From an uncultured Bacteroidales bacterium (GTDB taxonomy: Bacteria > Bacteroidota > Bacteroidia > Bacteroidales > FEN-979): DNA of 64,000 nt. Of this stretch, positions 1 to 7,942 are shown one piece after another (within the stretch, counting starts at the first letter, position 1; the number at the start of each line of letters is the position of its first letter). The notes under the pieces were generated by a model that did not search any database, had not been told where the DNA came from, and saw only the letters and a program-made list of their open reading frames with translations. The translations under genes and the position numbers were made by a program. The stretch lies in assembly GCA_903887775.1 (NCBI GenBank), contig CAISRB010000008.1, positions 16,629 through 80,628 on the forward strand. Reading direction: 5' to 3'.

Positions 1-497
1 AGGTCAATGGAGGCACGCATTCCTGCAAGTCCCGCACCGATCACGACGACCGCTTTGGTGGCTTTGACTTCAATGTTTGTAAGCGCTTCTGAACTTGAAA
101 CCCTGCGGATGCCCGCGCGTATCAGTCCGGCAGCTTTGTAGGATGCCTGGTCAGGATGATCAGAATGGGCCCATGAACACTGCTCACGTACGTTAACTTG
201 TACGTAATTATAGGGATTCAAACCGGCGCGTTCAGCAACACCACGAAAGGTATGCAGGTGAAGCTTGGGAGAACAGGAAGCTACGACGATACCGTCGAGC
301 TGCTTTTCCTGAATATCCCTGATCATCTCCTTCTGATTCGAATCGGCACAGGCAAACATCACGTTCTTTGAAACTGCGACGTTTTCTTCCTGGCCCACTA
401 TATCGCGAAGCTGCTCCACATCCACGTAGTCGGAGATATTACCCCCGCAATGGCAGATGTACACGCCTATTCTTTGTTTTTTCTTTTTCTCTTCCAT
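1..497 (-). CDS. HdrA-like FAD/Fe-S oxidoreductase, N-terminal part only (gene runs off the left edge of the window)
   Basis: Not in the ORF track because there is no stop in the window. Manual translation from the ATG at 495-497 gives MEEKKKKQRIGVYICHCGGNISDYVDVEQL..ASCSPKLHLHTFRG..NVREQCSWAH..KAVVVIGAGLAGMRAS. This is the Cys-rich N-terminal domain followed by a GxGxxG FAD fold, as in bacterial heterodisulfide reductase subunit A homologues. Confidence 0.7.
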   Translation of the reverse strand, partial: MEEKKKKQRIGVYICHCGGNISDYVDVEQLRDIVGQEENVAVSKNVMFACADSNQKEMIRDIQEKQLDGIVVASCSPKLHLHTFRGVAERAGLNPYNYVQVNVREQCSWAHSDHPDQASYKAAGLIRAGIRRVSSSEALTNIEVKATKAVVVIGAGLAGMRASID

Positions 498-515
498 AAT
501 TCAGATGTTTTTAAA

Positions 516-617
516 GCCATGAGCCATGAGCCATGAGCCATGAGCCATGAGCCATGAGGCATGAGGCAAGAGCCATGAGTACTTCAACATTCAACATTCG
601 TTGTTCAATATTATTCA
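516..617. repeat. Heptanucleotide tandem repeats: (GCCATGA) x9 (6 perfect, 2 degenerate, 1 perfect) at 516-578, then a TTCAACA-type 7-nt periodic tract at 583-617
   Basis: Read directly: gccatga gccatga gccatga gccatga gccatga gccatga ggcatga ggcaaga gccatga, then ttcaaca ttcaaca ttcgttg ttcaata ttattca. Confidence 0.95.
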
Positions 618-681
618 CGTAATTGTCTATTTCAATGGTGTTCATTACGGCTTCGCCGAACGACATTTAATTCATTCATTT

Positions 682-3429
682 TTAATACTGGCTCAGGTAC
701 GACGCAACTTCACATGCTGCTGCACCGGCCGACAGGATCGAATCGGGAATGTCCATAGGGGCTGCTGATGTGCCGGCTACAAAAACACCTTCCACGCTGG
801 TGCGGCTTGGATTCAGCTGAAGGTCGGTCTGTTTGATGAAATTAAACTGGTCAAGAGCAGGGCTGCCATCTTTAAACGATTTGAGTACTGTATTCTCAGG
901 CATCATGCCAACCGAAAGTACCACCAGGTCATGGGTCATTTCTTTTACCTGTCCTGTCTCCACATCCTCAATCCTCAGAACCACATCTCCTTTGCCGTCT
1001 TCCTTGCCTTTGATCCTGGCCACCTTAGCCTTTACCAGGTTTACACCCATCGATTTCGACTGCTGGTAAAATTCTTCGTAACCCTTGCCAAATGCACGTA
1101 TGTCCATATAATAGATCGTGATATCCGCCATCGGCAAGGCTCCCATTAGAAGCTGAGCCTGCTTAAGAGAATACATGCAACAGATCTGGGAACAGATGGG
1201 GTTATTGGTTGCTGCAACCGAACAGGAACGGAAGTTTTCAAGGCTTGAATCCCTGGAACCGGTGCATAATACATAGGCAATGTTACCAGGGGTTTTACCG
1301 TCACCCGGCCTGAGTACATTATTGTAGGGGCGGGTAGGGGCGATGAGCCTGTCCATCTGCATCGAATCGATCACATTCGGAAGCTGGTTGAAAGAATACT
1401 GCGGTTTGAATGCTGCATTGAACAAATTAAAGCCCGATGCGATGATGACTGAACTCGCATAGGCTTTTACAACTTCTTTTTTCTGGGAGAAATCAATGGC
1501 ATAAGCAGGGCAGGCTGTAACGCATTGGTGGCATTCGCGACAGTTGCTGCAATCGAGGCAGCGGTCGGCGCTCTGGTGCACTTCTTCCTCGGTGAAAGTG
1601 AATTCAACTTCATTGAAGTCCCTGATACGTTCGGCAACAGGCCTGACTTTTTCATCAAGCGCAGGTTTAAGTTGAATATCCGGCCTGGCGAGGACTTTCT
1701 TTTTGTCCACTGCAGGAAGTTTATCACCGAACTCGAAATCAGTCAATTCAAGTCCCTGCAGGTATTTATCCATATAAAATGCTGCCCGTTTTCCTTGTCC
1801 TGCTGCTTCAATAATAGTTGAAGAACCGCTTACCGAATCCCCGCCGGCAAATAACCAGGGGGTAGCAGTCTGCAATGTATTTTTATCGGTTTTTATCCTG
1901 CCGTCTTTTTCCAGTTCAAGTTCTTTACTGAAGGCGGATGTGGTAGGTGAGAGCCCTATGGCTTCAATAACGAAACCCACATCCTCGGTATATTCTGAAC
2001 CTTGAACTTCATTTGGTTTCCTGCGGCCGCTTGCATCAGGTTCACCCAGGGCCATCTTTATAAGGACAACCTGGCTGAGCCTGCCATCTGTGCCGGCAAA
2101 TTTTACAGGGTTCCGGAGCAACTCAAAATGTATTCCTTCTTCCTCGGCTTCATGGATTTCGTCTTTCCAGGCCGGCATTTCCTCACGGCTGCGGCGATAT
2201 ATGATGGAGACTTTTGACGCTCCTAAACGCAAGGCTGTGCGGGCTGAATCCATCGCGGTATTTCCGCCGCCGATCACCATCACCTTTTTACCAGTAAGAT
2301 CGGTCTTTAAACCTATCTTCGATTCCCTCAGGAAATCAAGGCAGGAAACGACGCCTTTAAGATCTGAACCGGGAATGTTCATCTTGCTTGTTTTATGTGT
2401 TCCAACTGCGACGAACACGGCATCATAATTTTGTTCTTTGATTTTGTGAAGGCTGCCCACAGGGTGGCTGCATTCTATCTCTACCCCAAGGGAGGTGATG
2501 TTCTCAATGTCCCTGTCCACGACGGTATTCGGGAGCCGGTATTCGGGAAGCGTAAGTTTTAACATCCCGCCTGCCGAAGGAGCGGCTTCAAAGATCTTCA
2601 CCTTATGGCCGGCCAGGGCCAGGTGGTAAGCGGCAGTGAGGCCGGCCGGACCGGAACCCACTATGGCAACTTTCTTCCCGCTGTTCTTTTCGATAAGTCT
2701 TGCAGGCGCTTCAGGGTATTTAATATAGTAGTCTTCTGCAAAAAACCGTTTTATCCTGCGGATGTCGACTGTGGCTTCGAGACTGGCGCGGGTGCATTCC
2801 CCCTGGCAGGGTGAATAGCAGGCACGGCCAAGGCTTCCCGGGATAGGAATGTCCTCCATATGCAGATGCATGGCCTCCTCGTACTGGCCGTTCCTTACGA
2901 GAGAAATGTAACCATAAGGCTTTACTCCTCCGGGACAGGCTGCGATGCAAGGGGCTGAGGTATCCTGTCTCTCGATAACGGCAATCCTCGGATTGGCAAG
3001 GCTAAAAGGAATGTAGGCGACTTTGCGTCCTGCAAGATGGGCGTTGTATTCATCAGATCTTACTTCGGGACAAGCCATTTCACATTCCTGGCAGCCGGTG
3101 CAGGCTTCGGGCTTTACATACCTTGGATTTTTATTGATCTCAAGATGAAAGCCTTTTTCGTTCCGTTTTATGCTGTCAATTTCGGAATTTAATAAAAGTG
3201 TAATGTTTGAGTGCCTGGCTGTCTCCGACATCTTTGGTGTTGTAATACAAGCGGCGCAGTCAAGGGTAGGGAAGACCTTGCTCAGCTGTATCATCTTGCC
3301 GCCAATGGATAAACCTTTCTCGACAAGCAATACCTTATAATCCATGTTAGCAAGGGATAAGGCCGCTTCCTGCCCTGCAATACCGCCCCCGATGACCATT
3401 ACATCGTACTTCTTTTCTTCTGTGTTCAT
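682..3429 (-). CDS. HdrA-like flavoprotein with an inserted GltD/NfnB/SudA-like NAD(P)H:FAD module (915 aa)
   Basis: The N-terminus is YDVMVIGGGIAGQEAA..LDCAACITTPKM (HdrA-type). A ferredoxin motif CTGCQECEMACP follows. An internal module KKVAIVGSGPAGLTAAYHLA..KKVMVIGGGNTAMDSART..FAGGD resembles the glutamate synthase small subunit. A second ferredoxin motif is CLDCSNCRECHQCVTACP, and the C-terminus is HdrA-like. Confidence 0.8.
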   Translation of the reverse strand: MNTEEKKYDVMVIGGGIAGQEAALSLANMDYKVLLVEKGLSIGGKMIQLSKVFPTLDCAACITTPKMSETARHSNITLLLNSEIDSIKRNEKGFHLEINKNPRYVKPEACTGCQECEMACPEVRSDEYNAHLAGRKVAYIPFSLANPRIAVIERQDTSAPCIAACPGGVKPYGYISLVRNGQYEEAMHLHMEDIPIPGSLGRACYSPCQGECTRASLEATVDIRRIKRFFAEDYYIKYPEAPARLIEKNSGKKVAIVGSGPAGLTAAYHLALAGHKVKIFEAAPSAGGMLKLTLPEYRLPNTVVDRDIENITSLGVEIECSHPVGSLHKIKEQNYDAVFVAVGTHKTSKMNIPGSDLKGVVSCLDFLRESKIGLKTDLTGKKVMVIGGGNTAMDSARTALRLGASKVSIIYRRSREEMPAWKDEIHEAEEEGIHFELLRNPVKFAGTDGRLSQVVLIKMALGEPDASGRRKPNEVQGSEYTEDVGFVIEAIGLSPTTSAFSKELELEKDGRIKTDKNTLQTATPWLFAGGDSVSGSSTIIEAAGQGKRAAFYMDKYLQGLELTDFEFGDKLPAVDKKKVLARPDIQLKPALDEKVRPVAERIRDFNEVEFTFTEEEVHQSADRCLDCSNCRECHQCVTACPAYAIDFSQKKEVVKAYASSVIIASGFNLFNAAFKPQYSFNQLPNVIDSMQMDRLIAPTRPYNNVLRPGDGKTPGNIAYVLCTGSRDSSLENFRSCSVAATNNPICSQICCMYSLKQAQLLMGALPMADITIYYMDIRAFGKGYEEFYQQSKSMGVNLVKAKVARIKGKEDGKGDVVLRIEDVETGQVKEMTHDLVVLSVGMMPENTVLKSFKDGSPALDQFNFIKQTDLQLNPSRTSVEGVFVAGTSAAPMDIPDSILSAGAAACEVASYLSQY

Positions 3430-3513
3430 CTGTTAATAATTTGATTTCAGTGGTCAGATGGAATGCCCAAAACTATCGTTCCAGTTTAGGATTAACTTTT
3501 TCCATTGGGCATT

Positions 3514-3909
3514 TCATGAAAGTTCAGCTAAGATTTTTGTGAAATTGGCCATATGGCTGGCAAAGGGTTCGGCGCATACAGAACAAATTGCTGCCATCCT
3601 TATCCGCTTGGGGCTTATTCCTTTTGCAGTCATCTGCTTCTGGCATTCTTCGATGATCTTATTGGTAAACTCAGGGCAGCGTGAGCTGTATGAGCATTCA
3701 TGCCCGTCGGCAGCGATGAACACACCGTCGAAGCCCTGTTCGAAAGCACGCATGATCCAGCGGGGCTTGATGCCCGATGAACATGGCAGGCTTATCGTAT
3801 ATACCGTAGGCGAATAGTGGATCTTTCGTAAGCCTGCCTGGTCAATTCCGGGATCAGAGATCTTGTCGGTCGAAAACACCAGTATCCTTGGCGATTTTTT
3901 TGTTTCCAT
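3514..3909 (-). CDS. MvhD/FlpD-like hydrogenase iron-sulfur subunit (electron-transfer partner of HdrA)
   Basis: 131 aa. RILVFSTDKIS..SLPCSSGIKPRWIMRAFEQGFDGVFIAADGHEC and the C-terminal CSVC pattern are typical of methyl-viologen-reducing hydrogenase delta-subunit family proteins. Confidence 0.75.
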   Translation of the reverse strand: METKKSPRILVFSTDKISDPGIDQAGLRKIHYSPTVYTISLPCSSGIKPRWIMRAFEQGFDGVFIAADGHECSYSSRCPEFTNKIIEECQKQMTAKGISPKRIRMAAICSVCAEPFASHMANFTKILAELS

Positions 3910-4137
3910 ATGGTAATCTTTTTTATTCCTTTCGGACCATTATCCGCTGAATGCAGAGGATCCGGAGGCCGGGATTTGCCCCGGAGTTCATGCCGTTAAT
4001 TTATTCAGGTTCATTTATTTCTTAATGTGGTAAAACCGTGAACAGGTAAACCACTCCCCGGAAGACCTTTCACGGGTCTTCAAATCAGCTTGTTGAATCA
4101 GTAGTTTTATTTGGAACAGATCTTCCGGGGCTGAGAT

Positions 4138-4389
4138 TTATGCTTTCTTTAGAAATAATCTTGAATAGCTGTCTTCTTCAACGATCCCTAAAAATTCATG
4201 GGTCATTTTATTACACCATTTGGGAATGTCATTCTTGGTTCCTTCATCCGAAGAGTAGATCTCCATGATCTCTCCTGATTCAATCTCCCCGATGGCTTTC
4301 TTTGCGGCCAATAATGGGCCCGGACAAGCGGTTCCGCGTGCATCAACGATGGTGTTCGATTTGAGGTTTTTTAATTCTTCTGTGCTCAT
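4138..4389 (-). CDS. tusA: TusA/SirA-family sulfur carrier protein
   Basis: 83 aa with the DARGTACPGPLL (CPxP) active-site motif. Confidence 0.85.
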   Translation of the reverse strand: MSTEELKNLKSNTIVDARGTACPGPLLAAKKAIGEIESGEIMEIYSSDEGTKNDIPKWCNKMTHEFLGIVEEDSYSRLFLKKA

Positions 4390-4477
4390 TGTGTTTTCTC
4401 CTATTTTAATTTTCCGGGAATGTTCCGGGACGATCCGCCCGAAACCCGGAGCAGGTTGCCCTGCAGTTTATAATTGA

Positions 4478-5023
4478 TTATATGAATAATTGAATTTTAC
4501 TTTCTGCTGCATCTGTAAGGAAAGTGGCCACTCCGCAAATGGTCATATGCGGATAATCTATCATCTCTTCCTTTTTAAACCCCATCAGGTTCATCGACAT
4601 TTCGCAAATATTGATCTCGACACCCAGTTCACCTGCTGTCTTCAGCATTTCTTCAATGGAAGCGACCTTGTGTTTCTTCATGATCCCTTTCATCATGGCT
4701 GTACCCATTCCACCCATGTTCATATTGGAAAGTTTCAGTTTCGGGCTCCCTTTCGGAAGCATCATGCCAAACATTTTCTCAATGAAGTTCTTGCCTTTGC
4801 CGTTTTTTGCAGGATCACGCAATGCGGAAATCGCCCAGAAAGTAAAGAAGAGTTTAACTTTCATGTCGAAAGCGGCTGCGCCTGTTGCAATGATCAAAGC
4901 AGCAAGGATCTTATCCAAGTCGCCTGAAAAAACCACCATCGAAAGCTGGTCCTTTGTGCCTTCCTTAAGCTGGTTTAATTGTTCTTTTAAATCAGCAATC
5001 TGATTCTCGAGTTCTGTGCCCAT
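4478..5023 (-). CDS. DsrE/DsrF/DsrH-like (DsrE2-type) sulfur-relay family protein
   Basis: 181 aa. SMVVFSGDLDKILAALIIATGAAAFDMKVKLFFTFWAI plus the conserved ICEMSMNLMGFKKEEM Cys region. It is a paralog of 9242-9742. Confidence 0.7.
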   Translation of the reverse strand: MGTELENQIADLKEQLNQLKEGTKDQLSMVVFSGDLDKILAALIIATGAAAFDMKVKLFFTFWAISALRDPAKNGKGKNFIEKMFGMMLPKGSPKLKLSNMNMGGMGTAMMKGIMKKHKVASIEEMLKTAGELGVEINICEMSMNLMGFKKEEMIDYPHMTICGVATFLTDAAESKIQLFI

Positions 5024-5066
5024 AGAAATATTATTAAATGTAAAGATGTAGATAAATAGATGTGTA

Positions 5067-5074
5067 CAAAGGTA
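5067..5074 (-). promoter_or_regulatory. Candidate Bacteroidota -7 promoter box (TACCTTTG on the minus strand) upstream of the dsrE2-tusA genes
   Basis: Matches the TAnnTTTG consensus. It lies 44 nt upstream of the ATG at 5023 and about 65 nt downstream of the palindrome at 5129-5144. Confidence 0.3.
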
Positions 5075-5128
5075 AAAGTCAGCCTAACATTAAAGCGCTT
5101 TAGTATCAGGAAATAAATCTCAGTAAGA

Positions 5129-5144
5129 TGTGATAATTATCACA
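5129..5144. promoter_or_regulatory. Perfect 16-bp Crp/Fnr-type palindrome TGTGATAATTATCACA
   Basis: Read directly. It lies in the 129-bp spacer between the cysteine desulfurase-like gene and dsrE2. It fits TGTGA-N6-TCACA and also GTGAT-N4-ATCAC. Confidence 0.6.
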
Positions 5145-5152
5145 AAAGATTG

Positions 5153-6673
5153 TCAGGAAAGTGTAAGCCACTGATTCACATCCGGGGCAGCGGGATGCTG
5201 AAGGTTGTGCCGGAATTCATTGGTATGCTTATTATAAGAGTAATCCCTGCTCCATTCTTTATGGTTTCTGCTTATCCGGCGCAATGCGTCGGCAATGTAG
5301 ACCACATCTGTATCGGTCATAGTCGGATGAAGTGAGAGCCTTACCCAGCCTGGTTTTGCGGAAAGATCACCATTGGAGATGCTGTCGGTTATCCTTTTTG
5401 ACTTTTCAAAGCTCACATCCAGCAGGTAGTGCCCGTAAGTACCGGCACAGGCACATCCGCCCCTTACCTGTATGCCAAACCTGTCGCTCAGGAGTGAAAC
5501 TACCAGGTTATAATGTATGGAATCGATATAAAATGAAATTACTCCCAGCCTTTCTGTGGCATTATCGGCGAGGACATGCAAACCCGGGATTGAAGAAAAC
5601 TCGCTGAACGCCAGCTTCAACAGCTGATCTTCACGCTTATGGATCTTTGCAACATCCATCTGATCTTTTAAATCCATACTGAGCGCGGCACGCATCGCCT
5701 GGAGAAAGCCGGGAGTTCCACCGTCTTCCCGGCCCTCGATATCGTCAATGAATTTATACTCTCCCCAGGGATTGGTCCAGTCGACCGTCCCTCCCCCGGG
5801 CTGATCGGGAACCCGGTTATGATAAAGTTCCGAATTGAATACAAGAACCCCTGAGGACCCGGGTCCTCCCAGAAATTTGTGTGGGGAAAAATATACAGCA
5901 TCCAGGTCCTGCAAAGGATTACCGGGATGCATATTGATATCATCGTAGGGAGCCGACGCTGCGTAATCCACGAATACTTTTCCTCCGTATTGATGCATCA
6001 GCGCCGCCATTTCATGAATGGGGGTCCTTACTCCGGTAACATTGGAACAAGCCGTGAAAGATCCGATCAGCGGTTTTTCCTTGCTGTATAACTTCAGTGC
6101 ATCTTCAAGGTGATTCAGATCAAAGCGCAGATCCTTGCCTGGCTTTACCACTACTACATCAGCTACCGTCTCATACCATGAAGTATGATTCGAGTGATGT
6201 TCCATATGCGTGATGAAAACCACAGGTTTGTCTTTATCTTTCATGCATTTCCCGTCCGAAAGTATGCCGCATTGTTTCAATCCCAGTAACCTTTGGAACT
6301 TTACAACAGCCCCGGTCATCCCGAAGCCGGTCGTCAGGATAACATCCCCTGATCCGGCATTAAGATGTTCCTTTATTTTTCGATGTGACTGCTGATAGGC
6401 CCGGGTCATAAGCCTGCCGTTCTCGCTGGTTTCAGTATGAGTGTTCCCGACAAATGGCCCGATCTCCTCAATGATCTTCTTTTCTATCGGCCGGTATAAG
6501 CGCCCGCTTGCGATCCAGTCGGCATAGAGCATCCTTTGCCTTCCGTAAGGAGTCAGATAGGTCTGGTCATGACCTATGGTATCCCTGCGGAACGTCTCGA
6601 ACCAGGATTCCAGCTTGTCGGTTTCACGGAGCTCATGGACAGCAGCAATAGTCTGCGGCTCGGCTGACTTCAT
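5153..6673 (-). CDS. Class-V aminotransferase-fold PLP enzyme, cysteine desulfurase / selenocysteine lyase-like
   Basis: 506 aa. SPHKFLGGPGSSGVLVF contains the PLP lysine and VRGGCACAGTYG is a group-II-like active-site Cys loop. Confidence 0.7.
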   Translation of the reverse strand: MKSAEPQTIAAVHELRETDKLESWFETFRRDTIGHDQTYLTPYGRQRMLYADWIASGRLYRPIEKKIIEEIGPFVGNTHTETSENGRLMTRAYQQSHRKIKEHLNAGSGDVILTTGFGMTGAVVKFQRLLGLKQCGILSDGKCMKDKDKPVVFITHMEHHSNHTSWYETVADVVVVKPGKDLRFDLNHLEDALKLYSKEKPLIGSFTACSNVTGVRTPIHEMAALMHQYGGKVFVDYAASAPYDDINMHPGNPLQDLDAVYFSPHKFLGGPGSSGVLVFNSELYHNRVPDQPGGGTVDWTNPWGEYKFIDDIEGREDGGTPGFLQAMRAALSMDLKDQMDVAKIHKREDQLLKLAFSEFSSIPGLHVLADNATERLGVISFYIDSIHYNLVVSLLSDRFGIQVRGGCACAGTYGHYLLDVSFEKSKRITDSISNGDLSAKPGWVRLSLHPTMTDTDVVYIADALRRISRNHKEWSRDYSYNKHTNEFRHNLQHPAAPDVNQWLTLS

Positions 6674-6974
6674 TTTCGAGGTAGTTTACAATTGCATTAT
6701 GGATGATCCGTTCATTACTTGAGATCATTGAAATGCCCTGACTGAGCATAGTGGTTTTCAGATCCCCGTTGACAGGTAAGGATAATACTGCAGAACAATC
6801 TTTCAGGGCGGAAAGGTATACCTGGGGAGCCTTCTTATCATAAGCAACCTGGTTCCAGACCAGTTCCTCCCCGGTTACTTTACCCATTTCAATATTCAGG
6901 ATAAGGAAACCTTTGGCCTCCTCAAATGATGAGGCTATCATCAATCCGTCGTTCGTTGGAACAGCTGCTTTCAT
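6633..6974 (-). CDS. NifX/NifB-like (dinitrogenase FeMo-cofactor-binding fold) small protein with a C-terminal CCCP tail
   Basis: 113 aa. MKAAVPTNDGLMIASSFEEAKGFLILNIEMGKV..LKDCSAVLSL..QGISMI matches the family pattern. It ends in ..ADYCCCP. Confidence 0.55.
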   Translation of the reverse strand: MKAAVPTNDGLMIASSFEEAKGFLILNIEMGKVTGEELVWNQVAYDKKAPQVYLSALKDCSAVLSLPVNGDLKTTMLSQGISMISSNERIIHNAIVNYLENEVSRAADYCCCP

Positions 6975-7167
6975 AGGCCTTTTCTTTTATTCAGGCTCCG
7001 TAATCGATTCAAATGAACGGAAGTCTGAAATCATGAGGGCAAAATTACCAAGACCGTGTGCAGTTTGGGAAGGTTTGGGCGTGATACTCGATCCACGAAA
7101 ATGTGAAAATGGCAACGAACAAATATTGCCACTTACACATAAAAATGTGTCGAAAAACATCAGTAAA

Positions 7168-7183
7168 TGTGATATAGATCACA
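7168..7183. promoter_or_regulatory. Crp/Fnr-type palindrome TGTGATATAGATCACA (perfect 6+6 arms)
   Basis: Read directly. It lies in the divergent 266-bp spacer, 58 nt upstream of the Crp/Fnr gene ATG (7241). Confidence 0.6.
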
Positions 7184-7240
7184 TGAAGTCAGTGAAATTT
7201 TGCGCATCTTTGTGGGCAAAATTCTAAGTTTCGAAGACGA

Positions 7241-7942
7241 ATGTTCCCGGATCCCCTCCCTCTGAAAACCCACTGCCGCGAATGCAAGGTGAAATCCTGC
7301 GCTGCAGCTGTGCTTAATGCAGTCGAGCTTGACAAAGTTAATGAAAACAGCAGGGAAGCCGAATTCAAAAAAGGAGATATCATCATTCATGAAGGTTCTT
7401 TGAATTCCAATATCATTTACCTTAAGTCGGGACTGGTCAAAGAATACGTCAGGACATCCAGCCAGAAAGAACAGATCCTTCAGATCGTAAAGAAATTCAG
7501 CTACCTCGGATTGCCTTCACTCTTTGGTGACAGGGTGAATCATTATTCTTATGCAGCCCTGGAAGACATCAGGGTCTGTTATATAGACATCAGCATTTTC
7601 AATAAACTGATCAGGGAGAATGGCGAATTCGCATACCAGATCCTGGTTTCGGTATCGCGCGACAGCCTCAATAATTTTCACAGGTTTATGAGCCAGTCTC
7701 AGAAAAAGACCTATGGCAAGGTGGCCGATGCCCTGTTATATTTCTCAAGGATTATTTATGAGGACCGGGAGTTCGACATTCCTTTCACACGACAGGAACT
7801 GGCCGACCTGATAGGGATCTCCAGGGAAAGTGCAACCAGGGTATTGCTGAAGTTAAAAGATGACGGGATCCTTTCGGTAGATGAGCGTCACGTCCAGATC
7901 AACGACCTCGATCTTCTGCATCAGATAAGCAGGAACGGATAA
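7241..7942 (+). CDS. Crp/Fnr-family transcriptional regulator with an FNR-like Cys pattern
   Basis: 233 aa with a cNMP-binding-like beta-roll and a C-terminal HTH (RQELADLIGISRESATRVL). Cysteines are at 12, 15, 20 and 113. Confidence 0.85.
   Translation: MFPDPLPLKTHCRECKVKSCAAAVLNAVELDKVNENSREAEFKKGDIIIHEGSLNSNIIYLKSGLVKEYVRTSSQKEQILQIVKKFSYLGLPSLFGDRVNHYSYAALEDIRVCYIDISIFNKLIRENGEFAYQILVSVSRDSLNNFHRFMSQSQKKTYGKVADALLYFSRIIYEDREFDIPFTRQELADLIGISRESATRVLLKLKDDGILSVDERHVQINDLDLLHQISRNG

Noticed and set aside
516-578. Possibility that the tandem repeats (here and at 16209, 57540 and 58289) are a CRISPR array.
   Set aside because: The units are 7-8 nt and directly abutting, with no spacers. No cas genes are present. 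They are microsatellite or hairpin repeats.
6913-7227. 104-aa + strand ORF spanning the nifX-like/fnr intergenic region. It includes a 64-aa sub-ORF from the ATG at 7032.
   Set aside because: It starts antisense inside the nifX-like gene and runs through the operator-like palindrome and promoter region. It has no motif support and is more likely regulatory DNA.
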